DNA from: the human T2T-CHM13v2.0 reference genome, Homo sapiens
Length of the DNA stretch: 64,000 nucleotides
Reading direction: 5' to 3'
Assembly: GCA_009914755.4 (NCBI GenBank)
Contig: CP086569.2
Location: 20,864,001-20,928,000, forward strand
Positions within the stretch are counted from its first letter, which is position 1. Each line of letters opens with the position of its first letter. Shown piece by piece: positions 26,859 to 45,883 of the stretch. Under the pieces are notes generated by a model. The model had not been told where the DNA came from and made no database searches. It saw only the letters and a list, made by a program, of their open reading frames with translations. The translations under genes and the position numbers were made by a program.

Positions 26859-28382
26859 ATTATTATTATACTTTAAGTTCTGGTGTACATGTGCAGAATG
26901 TGCAGTTTTGTTACTAGGTATACATGTGCTCTGGTGGTTTGCTGCACCCATCAACCTGTCACCTACATTAGGTATTTCTCCTAATTCTGCCCCTCCCCTA
27001 TACCTCCACCCCCCGACAGGCCCCAGAGTGTGGTGTTCCCCTCCCTGTGTCCATATGATCTCCTTGTTCAACTCCCACTTATAAGTGAGAACATGCACTG
27101 TTTTGTTTTCTGTTCTTGTGTTAGTTTGCTGAGAATGATGGTTTCCAGCTTCATCCATGTCCCAGAAAAGGACATGAACTCATCCTTTTTTATGGCTGTA
27201 TAGTATTTCATGGTGTATATGTGCCACATTTTCTTTATCCAGTCTATCATTGATGGGCATTTGGATTGGTTCCAAGTCTTTGCTATTGTGAATAGTGCTG
27301 CAATAAACATATGTGTGCATGTGTCTTTACAGTAGAATGATTTATAATCCTTTGGGTATGTACCCAGTAATGGAATTGCTGGGTCAAATGGTATTTCTGG
27401 TTCTAGATCCTTGAGGAAGCGCCACACTATCTTCTGCACTGGTTGAATTAATTTACATTTCCAGCAACAGTGTAAAAACGTTCCTATTTCTCCACATCCT
27501 CTCCAGCATCTGTTGTTTCCTGACTTTTTAATGATGCCCATTCTAAATGGTGTGAGATGCTATCTCATTGTGCTTTTGATTTGCATATCTCTATGGACCA
27601 GTGATGATGAGCTTTTTTTCATATGTTTGTTGCTGCATAAATGTCTTCTTTTGAGAAGTGTCTGTTCATATATTTTGCCCACTTTTTGATGGGATTGTTT
27701 GATTTTTTTTTGTTTTCATTGGTTGGTCTCATCTCACCAAGCTTGAGCATCCTAGATCCATCTCAGACTGCTAGACTGCTACGGTGCTGGCCGTGAGAAT
27801 TACAAGCCAGTGGATCTTAGTTTGCTCCAGTCCATGGGGCAGGGCAGGGGTGGCGGGGGTGGGGAGCAACTCGCGGAGTCAGGCCACTTGGCTCCCTGAC
27901 TTCAGCTCACCTTTCCAGGGGAGCGAACGGTTTTGTATCGCTGGCGTTGGAGGTGCCACTGGGGTATAGAAAACAAACAAACAAACAAACAAAAAAACTC
28001 TTGCAGCTAGTTTGATGTCTGCCCAGTTTCATGCTTGAAACCCAGGGCCCTGGTGGGGTAGATACCAGAGGGAATCTCCTGGTCTCAGGTTGCGAAGACC
28101 GTGGGACAAGAGCAGTATCTGGGCCGGAGTGTGCATGGTTTCCCAGGTTCAGTCCCTCACAGCTTCCCTTGGGTAGGGGTGAAAATTCCCCTACCCTTTG
28201 CATTTTCTGGGTAATAGCAATGCCCTACCCTGCTTTGACTCGCCCTCTGTGGGCTGCGCCCACCGTCCACCCAGTCCCAATGAGTTAAACTGGGTACTTC
28301 AGGTGGAAATTTACCCACCTTCTGCATCGATCTTTCTGGGAGCTGCAGACCGAAGCTGTTCCTATTAGGCCATCTTGCCAGC
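26859..28382 (-). mobile_element. Internally deleted L1PA: ~860 bp of 3' end (ORF2 C-terminus + 3'UTR) joined at ~27720 to ~660 bp of 5'UTR
   Basis: 3' end rc: aattattattatactttaagttctggtgtacatgtgcagaatgtgcag...; 5' end rc: ctgggagctgcagaccgaagctgttcctattaggccatcttgcc (= rc of L1 5' start ggccaagatggccgaataggaacagctcc); the 157-aa minus ORF 27068-27541 is the ORF2 C-terminus. Confidence 0.8.
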
Positions 28383-28384
28383 AA

Positions 28385-28528
28385 TCTTTCTTTTCTTTTC
28401 TTTTCTTTTCTTTTCTTTTCTTTTCTTTTCTTTTCTTTTCTTTTCTTTTCTTTTCTTTTCTTTTCTTTTCTTTTCTCTTCTCTTCTTTTCTTTTCTCTTC
28501 TCTTCTTTTCTTTTCTTTTTTTTTTTTA
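28385..28528. repeat. (CTTTT)n pentanucleotide microsatellite, ~28 units with CTCTT variants, ending in poly-T
   Basis: Direct read: ctttt repeated from 28385; the plus-strand 70-aa FSFLFFS ORF is an artefact. Confidence 0.95.
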
Positions 28529-28639
28529 CAAAGGGCATCATAGGTAGAAAAACTACCTACTGGGTACCATACCCATTACATCTTTGACAGAATCCATACC
28601 CCAAAGTCAGCATCACACAACGTGCCCACTTAGCAAGGT

Positions 28640-28745
28640 TGCACATGTTCGGCTCGTGGCAACCTCTGTCTCCCTAGTTCAAGTGATTCTCCTGCCTCAG
28701 CTTCCTGGGTAGCTGGAACTACAGGCACGTGCTACCACGCCCACC
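28640..28745 (-). mobile_element. Alu fragment (antisense)
   Basis: ggctcgtggcaacctctgtctccctagttcaagtgattctcctgcctcagcttcctgggtagctggaactacaggcacgtgctaccacgcccacc. Confidence 0.8.
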
Positions 28746-28749
28746 CAGA

Positions 28750-29350
28750 AATTTGATACTGCAAGCAAATGGGATGGAGGGGTACTCTCATGAGCTACAG
28801 AAAGAATGGGTAGGGGTTAAGATAAAACACAAGGCAAATTTATTAGAGTTATTAAAAAGCCAGCAATGGTGATCTTCTTGCTGGTCTTGCCATTCCTGTA
28901 CAGAAGTGCTCCATGGCTTCTGCAATGCTTACACCATCTTTCACCTTGCCAAAACTAAATTTTACCTTGCCAAGGGCAGTTTTATTCTGTCTTTAAACTT
29001 TGCAAACAGCTTGATGGAGACACAAACCAAAAGCTTACTGTTGACTGTGATATGGAAAATCACCATGGGGCTCACTGTGGCTGGTGGTGTTGGCATCTGT
29101 GAAGGATCTCACAGTTTCTTTACTTTCTTTCTGAGTCTCACATTTATCTCCAGACATCACCAAACAGTGTGAGAAGCCCATGACAGCCCTCCCTGAAAAG
29201 ATACCATACAGAATCTCTATTTTGGTTGTGCAGATGTGGCTTGCAGTGCTAACTCCATATTGCTGGTCTTGAATTTCCAGCAGAAGTTTGTCTTGTCCTG
29301 GGGCTTCAGTGGTTATAATCTTGAAGATGAAAGAGGAAAAGTTATTTTCC
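28750..29350 (-). pseudogene. PPIA (cyclophilin A)-derived processed pseudogene, frameshifted; 3'UTR truncated by the Alu fragment
   Basis: Minus-strand translations across three frames: SFGKVKDGVSIAEAMEHF + [12 protein letters not shown] (cf. PPIA [38 protein letters not shown]), FHITVNSKLLVCVS (cf. FFICTAKTEWLDGKHV), NFCWKFKTSNMELALQATS (cf. FELFADKVPKTAENFRALS); 3'UTR ...ttgtgttttatcttaacc...ttctgtagctca.gaga..cccctcca.cccatttgct.gcagtatc matches the PPIA 3'UTR. Confidence 0.6.
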
Positions 29351-29859
29351 CCAAATTATTTTACTTCTCAGGGCATGGAGCACCCAAATAAATGCTGGTT
29401 ACAACTGATTATTTGCCATCAGTAAAGAGGAGGCTGTATTTTTCTGGAAGGACATCAACACTTTTCATGAGTCTGCCATAAGGCTGAAAGCAGTGCTGAA
29501 CCTCTAGGGCTGGAGAACTCAGAGCCTGGCTCATGGGAAGCATAACATTATAGTGGCTGAATGACACCTAGTTGTGTCTGCAGTGGTGAACTGCAGAGAT
29601 CACAAGCCCACATCTTCCTCTGTACAATGACATTTGGTACTGGCAAAACCTGTGTTTCTTCTTTTTCATAGATAGCCAAGTGCCTGGGCACCAGATGTCA
29701 GACTCTATCCACAGAACTCAGGGGACAAATTTCCTGTCAAAAATTGTGTCCCAGCAAATCATACTCAGGGCTTCTCACAAAATGGAGGTTTTCTTCTGTA
29801 TCCTTGATTACACTGAATTCAGCCCCTAAAGCCATTTTTTTTTGGTGATTGGTTGGTCT

Positions 29860-30410
29860 GGTGCATTATTTACCCAGGGCTAGAAACTGTATCTGCTGAT
29901 AGCTGAGGCTCAGGTGCCACATCTTTTTCTTTCCTAATGCAGCAAATACGGAGCTGGTTTTCATCAGTGCCAGGTGTGTATTTCTGACCACATGCTGTTG
30001 ACAAAATAACCTCATGACTGACACCCTCCACGAATTTACAGGCTTCAACATTTTTGGTGTCATTGTCTTTCAACTGTCCCTTTTCATTTGTACCCCAGCC
30101 AGAATGCTTCCCTTCTGTGGCTATGAGAGGGCTGTAGGCCACACATAAGCCCCAAATCACTTACCTCTGATGAAGATTATGGTAAGCACTTTGTTGTTTA
30201 TGGGCTTCTTTTCCACCTATCAATTCCCAGTTGGTTGCCCCCAAAATGAAGGCTGCCATTTCCACGTAGACCCTTCAAGTTTGTCATACTTCTTTGTGTG
30301 CTCAGCTTTGTAGTGACCACAGCTGTGCCACCTGCTTTGCTGGCTGCTGGGTCTGCTGGGAAGGGTGATTTCTCTGCAATGGCCACGTCAAGCTTCAGAA
30401 CATCTTTATT
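29860..30410 (-). pseudogene. Aldolase-like (ALDOA-type) pseudogene C-terminal fragment; continues on the other side of the L1 at ~36562-36900
   Basis: Minus-strand: IWGLCVAYSPLIATEGKHSGWG...KFVEGVSHEVILSTACGQKYTPG (cf. ALDOA [22 protein letters not shown]...[20 protein letters not shown]) and VVTTKLSTQRSMTNLKGLRGNGSLHFGGNQ (cf. [24 protein letters not shown]); highly diverged, several stops. Confidence 0.4.
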
Positions 30411-36545
<6,135 letters not shown>

Positions 36546-38104
36546 TCAGAACATCTTTATTCTTAAGCTGCTTCTGCCACTACTGCTGCCGCAACACTTC
36601 AGCCACTTGTACTTCTTGCCTGCCTAGCTGAAGAGTTTCTGGGCACACAGCTGTCTATGCCATTGCCTGAGCTTGGCTCTGGGGTCTCCACTTGGATTCT
36701 GCTGGGCTGGTCTTGAGTCTGAGCACAGCAAATAGGTGCATTGAGATGCCTTCAAAACCCATGAGGCAGTGAGTAAAATTCAGGCTTGCCCCATGCAGTC
36801 CTTCTAAATGGGGACCTCCATGAGTTTTATACTGTGAAGCCTCAGTCAGTCACCTTTTTTACTGTGGCAGGTGACATAGTTGAGGCAGGTTTTCTTTCGG
36901 AGGCAAGTACTTAATCCATTTTAAATTGTTGATAGCTGAATATCATTCTATTATACAGATAAAAAAATTTAAATTTTTGCTTGTTGATGAGTATTTGAGT
37001 TGTGTACAATTTGAGTTGGTACAAATAAGTGCTGGTATGAGCTTTTACCTGAGTCTTTATATTTTCACACATTTTAATTTTTTCTGAGTAAATGGGAGTG
37101 GAATTGCTGTGTCATATGATAATTCTACATATGACACTGAAAAACTGCAAAATTGTTCTTCAAAGTGGCTATATTAGTTTACATTTCTATAGACAATGTG
37201 TGAGGTTTATATTCTCTCCCTTCTTACCATCATTTCTTATTGTCTGTTGTTGGATTACAGCCATTCTAGTGAGTGTGAAGATATACCATATTGTGATGTT
37301 GGTATGAATGTGAATGACTAACAATAATATCCATATTTGAATAGTATGTTTTTCTTGGAGACATGTCATTGAAATTTATTTTGTATTTTAAACAGTTTGC
37401 TTTTTATTAATTATGACTAAGAAATATTTTTGGTTGAGTAGATCTCCATGATCACATATATAATTTGCAAATGTTTTGCCCCTTTCGGTAATTTTTCTTT
37501 TTATTTTAAACAAAAAGATGCAATGGGATAACAGTCAGCATGTATATAAAAACAGAACTCTTAAGACAACCTGCAGCCATAAGTCTCAGACAATCAAGTG
37601 TTGATTGTTAACTGACAGTGTGCCAATTTTTGCATCTGTCTTTAACATATAACCAAACTGAGAAAACCAAACCTGCACACTTAGCAAGAAAGTTGGCAAT
37701 TTGACCTCTAATTAGCTCTCCTGCAACTTCTGTATGTAAACAGTCTTCAGTCAGGGCAAATCTGAAATCTTGCCTCTTTTTCTAGTAAAAAAACTTTCTC
37801 AACCCACTGTCTGCCTTTAAGTTTATACCAAACACAAGTGATGGTGGCTAATTCTTTTACTTGGGCAACTTTGGAATACGTATTTTCTTATTTTTATTTA
37901 GGTGGTGTCAATTTATTTTCAATGTTATGATTAAGGTCCTGCTAATGTATCTGCTGCACTGCCTTTCACTTTAGCCCCAACTCCACCCCCACCAAGGCAT
38001 CTTGTGTCTTCTGCTCATGGTTGAAAAATCAGCACTGAGGTGATAAATGAGCACTGGATCTGAAGTCAGCTTTGTTTTCACTGAATTTCTAAGTGCCTCA
38101 CTCC

Positions 38105-38360
38105 CTTGCCCTGGCTGGAGTACAATGGCATGATCTTAGCTCACTGTAACCTTCACCCCCTGGTTCAAGTGACCTTCTTGCCTCAGCCCCCTGAGTAGCT
38201 GGGACTACAGGTGCAGGCAAACATACCCAGCTAATTTTTGTATTTTTTGTGGAAATGGGGTTTCATCATGTTGACCAGGTTAGTCCTGAACTCCTGGCCT
38301 CCAGCAGTCCACCCACTTTGGACTCCCAAAGTGTTAGGAACCCTGCACCCAGTAGGATAG
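38105..38360 (-). mobile_element. Alu (antisense, 3'-truncated, no tail)
   Basis: cccttgccctggctggagtacaatggcatgatcttagctcactgtaacc...gcctcagccccctgagtagctgggactacaggtgc...ggactcccaaagtgttagg. Confidence 0.85.
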
Positions 38361-41300
38361 CTGGCTGTTATTGATTCCTAATTTTTTTTGACATTCCTGA
38401 TGAAATCAAGTTATCCTAGATAACTATTATGCTACTTTTATGTAACTACTTTATTTTGTGTCATAAAAAATATTGTTATAAGAAGGAGAATAAGAGGACA
38501 GAACATACTCATATTCATTATAAGACTGTTGTTCTGGGTAGCCTCACACAGGAGTTTGTAATTTCATTGTTCTCATACGATTTGGACATATTTTTCTATG
38601 GGTCACCAATAAAATTGTATTAGGTTTGCAATTCTCCTTCTTTCTTAATTGTAGGCATTCCTTTACATGATGACTGAGTGTACTGGACACACTTTTACCT
38701 TAACTCAAAAAATGTTTAAGTGGCAACATTAAAATTTGTACTGCTTTATAAGTAAAACTCCAGGAATATCATGTTTAAAAATTGACTTCTTTAGAGCATG
38801 TGTTAGCAAATTTTCTATAACAAGAGAAGTTGGAATTCTTCCTCAGTTCTTGGACACAAAAGCTTATATGTATTACGTATAAATAAGTACTTAAACTACA
38901 TGTAATATTTTAGTTAGATTATATTTGTATCTGTAAGAGTGTTAGTTTAAAACGTAACTGTTTTTGAAGTATCTGGGGATGTGTGATGATAATTCTTCCT
39001 GTTGTTGTGAAAGACCCATGGAAGGGATGAGGGGAATAATCCAACATAATTTTAAGATGTAGGATATTTTTGTGAATAAAGATGATGGTTGCTGAACATT
39101 GTGATTGTGCTTTATGCCACTGAACTGCACAGTTAAGACTTGTTAAAATAGTAACATATAGTTAAATAAATAAATATAGATAGATATAGATATTTGGGCA
39201 ACCATTATCTTCATTCATACAGATTATATACTTTAAAATTATAAAATTATATATCTCAATTGTGTCTAAATATATATTAGACACTTAAAAATTAAGAACA
39301 AAAACCAAAAGTTTTGAGCATGTAAAGAAATGGAAAACCTTGTGCACTGTGGACAAACCTGTAAAATGGTACAGGTTTTGGAAAACAGTACAGTACTTTG
39401 TTAAAAATAAACTAAAAGGTAAAATTTTCTTATTCTTTAGCAATGCCACATATAAAGGCAAACTCTCAATATTTCAAAGTATTGTGTGAAAGTTATTAAT
39501 TTATTCATGTTGATAACAGCATTATTTATATTACCTAAAGACAGAAGTAACTCAAATATCCATTGATACATAAATGGATTTAAAATGTTAACAATAAAAA
39601 TAATGGACTATAATTTATCCTTAAAAAGAAAGAAAATTCTGGCAATGCTTCAGCATAGATGAACCTTAAGGACATTATGTCAAGTAAAAAAAAAACAGTC
39701 ACAAACAGTAAAATATTCTCTGATTCAACTTATATTCAAATGCATGGAGACAGAAAGCAGATGGTGGTTACAAAGAGCTGGGGTAAAAAGAAATGAGAAA
39801 TTCCTAATTAATTGGTACAGGGTTTCACTTTTGCATGATGAAAAAATTCCTGTAAATAGATGATGCTGAGAGTTTTACAATTTAAATATACTAAAGCCAG
39901 TGAAAGACACACTTAGAAATGAAAAAATGATAAGTTTGACACTATTTGCATTGTACCACAATTTAAAAAAGTAAAGTTACTCATAGGTACAATAATAAAA
40001 TAGACCAATAATAAAGGCCTAAAAATATATGAGAAAATTTATTATGTTGAAAGTATCAGTTCAGTTAATAAATTATGCTTTAAATCATATATAACTGATG
40101 AACTAGTCACTTATACTAACAAAAATGACCATTTAAAAACACCACATTAAAGCACAAGATTTCATGTGAATAATTGGAAAGACCTCTAAAATATAAAATA
40201 AAACCTTTGAAAAATAATGTATAAGAATATTTTATTTTAATGTGTTAATTTTTTAGAAATATAAACAAAGTAAAAATCAAAGACTAGATAAGAATTATAA
40301 TTAGTTGTGTAAGAGTAATCATTTTAAGGGAAACTCTAGTATGTTAACAAAAATGTCAACTTATTTAAAATGTGTAAATACTGATAATCTGATAAATATG
40401 ATTAGATATGTAATTAGAAGTTATTTAGATAAACTTATGTAATGAATAGGCAGTGTAAATTTTATATTTTTTGAAGGTGTTAAACAGAATTTCATAACTC
40501 ATAAAAAAAAGGAGAATCAAGTTCCCAAAGATATCTGAAGCCCACATCATTAATCACATCTTTCTCAAAAATTGCCAAAACCCCAGTCCCCTAGTTGAAA
40601 TTGTAATATTTTACAGGGAGAGTATCCTAAGAAAGCTCATTTATGAGTAAAGGCCTGAGTCCAGAAAAATGAGGCTTGTCTTACAGGTCCAGATCTAACT
40701 CTATGCCCCTAAATGTTCAATGTCACTACCACAAATTTACACTCATATCTCCCATGTAACTTCCACAGTTACACATGGAATTATTGTCAAACATCCCCAA
40801 AAGCACCAATACATTATCTTAATAGTTTGTTTAAATATATTGGCATGAACCTGGTCATGAATGTCTCAGATTTTAGATTCCAGCTGGGGACAAAAATGTA
40901 CACCCAGAGTGAGAAACCGATGACTGTGAACCAAGTACAGTACTCAAAATCCAAGACAGACAAATAAAAATAAAACAGCTTTTATATATTTATTGGTACT
41001 TTCACATCTGTGTGACCTAGACAAGAATCCACTTAAAACAATGCATTGCCACCTGTGTATTTTTCTACATGTCCCTATAGGCCAACCATAAATGTGTAAA
41101 ATAAATATCCATTCAGTCATTGTTCTGCAAGTAGTTTGCCTGGACAAAAGACATTAGAAATAACTGAGAACTTGTAAGGAAGGAACATTCTTTGACCACA
41201 GGCCAGACCAACGAATTAGTAGCATGCAGCCCAGAAATCTGTGAGGTTACAAGGCCTCTAGATGGTTCAGATGCATGCTGTGTTAATCAGCCTCTGTATA

Positions 41301-43729
41301 ACCTAAGTAACAGCATACCCCTGAGTTAGCAGATAGATATAGCATACCTGAAATACACCATAAGATTATAATAATGTTAGAATTGTGACTCAAAACTCAA
41401 TAAATGTATTTATAAATAAAATAAATATGACTGAAAATATAGCCTTATTCTTTTTAATCTTTCCAATTTCATTTTTCTCCCATTCTTCCAGGGATCACCT
41501 ACTCAATAAATCACTTACACTCATATCAGGTCTCATGATAATCCAATTTAAAAGAATTTTTAATTTATTTGACATTTTATTAAGTTCTATATAAAACAGG
41601 TGGCAAAAATAATAGATATTATATTTGATAATTGAACTAATATTCTCATTATTATACTATTTTAAGAATTTATACTATGAAAGCATAAATAATAATCTAA
41701 TACTTAACTCTTCAAGTGCACCTCAGAAGTTTAAGTACTCCATTTACACACAATTACATTGTGCATCTTGGAAGAGTATATTCTTAATTTGAGATTTTTT
41801 ATCCTAACACACTGAGTACATGAGGTTGTAAGATTTTTGTCACCCTTGTGAAACAGCACAGGTAACAGCTCTTCTCAATCGTGTTCTCACGCCTTCCTGT
41901 GCTGCAGAAAGTTGCTGCTGCATGGGGTAAGCCTAAAAAAGAGTCTGTTCAATGAAACTTAGAAGTACCTAGGAATGATGGCCTTCTCTGAATTAAGAAA
42001 CAATGGCTTCCAATCTAATTTTCTGTGATCTATCAGCTGCATATTTTCTCCCTTTTGCTGTCTGAAATGTGGTTTGAGAAAATGGAAACAAACTGGTATT
42101 CTATAAGGTCACTGTGCAATCTTATTAGTAATGGGCTGCTCCCTATTGACCATGTCCATAAGACAAAATATACATATTATTTGCTGATGTTATATAACAA
42201 GTCTTTTTTTGTATGAGATGAACACAAACTATTAGTTACAAAATTCAATCCCTTATTATATTTTAATCTTTATTATAATCATTATAATATCCCAGTAGTT
42301 ACAAAAAGGATAAATGAATAAACATATGAAATAAACACTTCATAAAATATAAAAAAACCATAAAATCAATACTCTCCAAATTATTTGGGGTTCAATACTA
42401 CTATAAATACGGAATGCTAAAAATAGCATTAGAGACTGTATTACCCAACAGTACATTATTATCATTTGCTACCTAGAAACTTGAGCAAGGTGAAACACAT
42501 TAATATTTTTGGCGTGGTAAAAAACACAACAAAAAAAAGTATTTATTAAAATAAATTGAATTTAAACATAGACTAAATAAAGCATTTAAAAATACACTGT
42601 ATTCTGAATTTGAGATGTATTCTCAATAGACAAAATACAGACTGCAAGCACTCACAAAACATTCTTGTTATTCTGATACAATGATGTATGTGAAAAATGA
42701 GCTTTCTTCTTTTTTAAACTAAGTATTTGTATAATTGAATTATGATAATCTATAATGTGTCCTATTAGAGAGCAGTTATTTGCACTTTTCTCTGATTGTG
42801 AAAATTTCTTCCTTGCCACCACAATTCATACACAGGACTTTTTACTGTTTCTAGTGTGAAGATACATCATAGTATTAATGGACTGATTATGCTTTTCTCC
42901 TTAATGGGCAGTTGATAAAATTATTTCTAAAACTCAGATTTTTCCACCTCTTAATTTAAGATAACTTATGCATGCCTTACAACACTATTGTAAGTCAAAC
43001 AAAAAAAACACCTTGATTTAAATTATTTTATCTTACATGTAAGTGCCTTGAATCTTTTCTGGGAGAGCTGATGTGAATAATGTATACCTAACATAGAGTG
43101 GCCTCACATAGGTTAGAGGTGGCAATGATCAACCACATGCTTTTACATAAAGAGCAGTAATTTTAAAATAGCATCAAGTAATTTTAAATTAATTATATTA
43201 GTACTATTTTCTCAACTGATCTCAAATGATTTTGTTATAAAAATATGTTGAATATAATTATACTCAATGATTTATTAATGTCTTCACTTTTCTGAAACAC
43301 ATTATGTAATTGTTTTGAGTTTAGATTATCCTCTATAATAAACACAATTTAGAGTAATGTCTAACTGAAAATATTAGTACTTTAGTTCATTCTAGGATGA
43401 TTCCTGTGATTTTTACTTTTATCTTATTTTTCATTAAATACTTCCTCACATTTATTTTAGCTACAAAGCTTTTTCTAAGCATAAACTCTTTAGTGCTTCT
43501 AATTTATATATTTTGGACAAAGCTTATTTCATATTTGTTATATTTTTAGGCATTCTTTGTTATGAAAATTCTCTGTAAAGTTGGATTAACATAACAGCTA
43601 AAGACTTTGCTAACTGCTTTACGTTTGTAAAAATAATATCCAGTATAAGGAATGTGGTGTTTTCTAAGGTAAATATTTTAAACAAAGATTCCCCCCACAC
43701 ACTCATATATATTATGAATATATGGGATT

Positions 43730-44230
43730 TCTATCCAGTATTGATTCTCTAATGCTGAGAAAGGTGTAAGCACCAGTTGAGAGTGTTGTTAAATTCTTTA
43801 CACTTGCTGTGTTCTATTTGATATGTATTCTTTGATATTGGATAAGGGTTGAGCATTTTTTGAAAACTTCTCACATTCTTTACATTTGAAATATTTCTCA
43901 CCGGTATGAATTATCTCATGTAAAGTGTGCATACCTTTTAAAGGTTTTGTCACATTCTTTAAAGATTCTTCTCCAGCATGTATTCTCTGATGCTGAGTAA
44001 ATTTTAATTCTCAGTTAAAAGCTTTCCCACATTATTTACATTGGAAAAGTTTCTCTGCAAAATAGGCACTCTAATGTTGAGAAAGTTGTAAGCCTCAGTT
44101 AAATATTTGCCAAATTTTTCACATTTGAAAGTTTTTTTTTTCCAGGAGAGAGTATTTGATGTTGAGTAATATATAAGCCCCTGTTGGAGACTTTGCCACA
44201 CTTATTACATTTGAAAGGTTTCTCTCCAGC
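43730..44230 (-). pseudogene. Degenerate KRAB-type C2H2 zinc-finger array relic (about 4-6 fingers)
   Basis: Minus-strand HAGEKPFKCNKCGKVSNRGLYITQHQILSPG and KTFKCEKFGKYLTEAYNFLNIRV, i.e. the H-T-G-E-K-P-[FY]-x-C linker pattern with stops. Confidence 0.6.
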
Positions 44231-44340
44231 ATGGATATATGCATGTGTGTGTGTGTGTATATGTGTGTATATGTATATATGCATATGTGTATATATATGT
44301 GTGTGTGTGTATATATATATATGTATATATACATAAAACT
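44225..44340. repeat. (TG)n/(TATG)n/(TA)n compound microsatellite
   Basis: gtgtgtgtgtgtgtatatgtgtgtatatgtatatatgcatatgtgtatatatatgtgtgtgtgtgtatatatatat. Confidence 0.95.
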
Positions 44341-44414
44341 TTAGATTACAACAAAAAATGTTGGAACTAATAAATTCAGTAAACTATCAAGATACAAAAT
44401 TAACATACAATTGT

Positions 44415-44722
44415 TTGTTTTTGAGACATGGTCACACTCTGTTGCCCAGGATGGAGTACAGTGATAAAATCCACACGCATTGCAGTCTTAACCTTCCAGG
44501 CTCAAGTGGTCCTTTAACCTCAGCCTACCAAGTAGCTAGGACTACAGGTTTGTTCCACGAAGCTCAGCTAACTGTTGTTGTTTTATAGAGATAGTGTCTT
44601 GCTATTTTTGAATTCTTGGGACTTCAAGCAATCTGCTTTTGAACTCTTAGGACTTCAAGCAATCCACCTTCCTCAGCTCCCAAAGTGCAGGGACTGCAGG
44701 GGCAAACCAGTATGCCCAGCCT
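44415..44722 (-). mobile_element. Alu (old AluJ-like, antisense)
   Basis: tttttgagacatggtcacactctgttgcccaggatggagtacagtg...cagcctaccaagtagctaggactacagg... Confidence 0.85.
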
Positions 44723-44902
44723 GACATACAAATATTAGTTACATTTTCATACATTAACAACAGACTTTCCAAAAATACATATTTCTATTTAAAATACTAC
44801 AGAAATAAGAAATTTCTTCTGAATAGATTTAACCAAGGAAATGACAAATTTATACATTTAATGCAGTAATATATTGATGACAGAAATTAAAGTAGACAAA
44901 AG

Positions 44903-45217
44903 GCTGGGTGTGATGGCTCCTGCCTGTAATCCCAGCACTTTGGGAGGCCAAGGCGGGCAGATCACGAGGTCAGGAGATCAAGACCATCCTGGCTAACACG
45001 GTGAAACCCCGTATCTACTAAAAATACAAAAAAAAAAAAAAAAAAAAATTAGCCAGGCGTGGTGGTGGGCACCTGTAGTCCCAGTTACTCGGGAGGCTGA
45101 GGCAGGAGAATGTAGTCAACCCAGAAGACATAGCTTGCAGCAAGCCAAGATCGCGCCACCACACTCCAGCCTGGGCAACAGAGTGAGACTCTGTCTCAAA
45201 AAAAAAAAAAAAAAAAG
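44903..45217 (+). mobile_element. AluY-like, full length with ~20-nt A tails
   Basis: ggctgggtgtgatggctcctgcctgtaatcccagcactttgggaggccaaggcgggcagatcacgaggtcaggagatcaagaccatcctggctaacacggtgaaaccccgtatctactaaaaatac... Confidence 0.95.
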
Positions 45218-45576
45218 ACAAAAATCAATGAAAAAATATTGCATATTTACAGATTAGAAAGATTAATATTCTCAAAGTAACATTTTATCACAGTGATCCA
45301 TAGACTCAGTGTGATTCCTATCAATTTCAGTCCATTTTTTACAGTAACAAAAAAATTAACATTTTAGTGTAAACTTAACTCCAAATAACCTAAGTAATCT
45401 TGAGAAAAAACAAAGCCAGGGCATAATACTGCCTGATTTTTTAATCTATTTAATGTTTATGGTAATGAAAATGGTATGAAATAAGCATAAAATGGGAAAA
45501 AATAATGGAACAGAATAGGGAGCCAATACATAAATTCATGGTACAAGTTCAACTATTCTAGAAAAAGGGAACCAAG

Positions 45577-45852
45577 GCCTGGCCCGGTGGCTCAAGTTTG
45601 TAATCCCAGGACTTTGGGAGGCTGAGGCGGGTGAATCACAGGGTCAGGAGTTGGAGACCAGCCTGGCCAAGATCCTGAAACCCCCTCTCTGCTAAAAATA
45701 CAAAAAGTTAGCCAGGCGCAGTGGCGGGCGCCTGTAATCCCAGCTACTCGGGAGGCGGAGGCAGGAGAATCACTTGAGCCCAGCAGGCTGAGGCTGCAGT
45801 AAGCCGAGATCCACTGCACTCTAGCCTGGGCGACAGAGCAAGACTCCATCTC

Positions 45853-45882
<30 letters not shown>
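45577..45882 (+). mobile_element. Alu (AluS/Y-like) with ~40-nt poly-A tail
   Basis: ggcctggcccggtggctcaagtttgtaatcccaggactttgggaggctgaggcgggtgaatcac...gcctgggcgacagagcaagactccatctc + a(40). Confidence 0.95.

Positions 45883-45883
<1 letters not shown>

Noticed and set aside
28375-28587. 70-aa plus-strand ORF (FSFLFFSFLFF…)
   Set aside because: Pure translation of the (CTTTT)n microsatellite.
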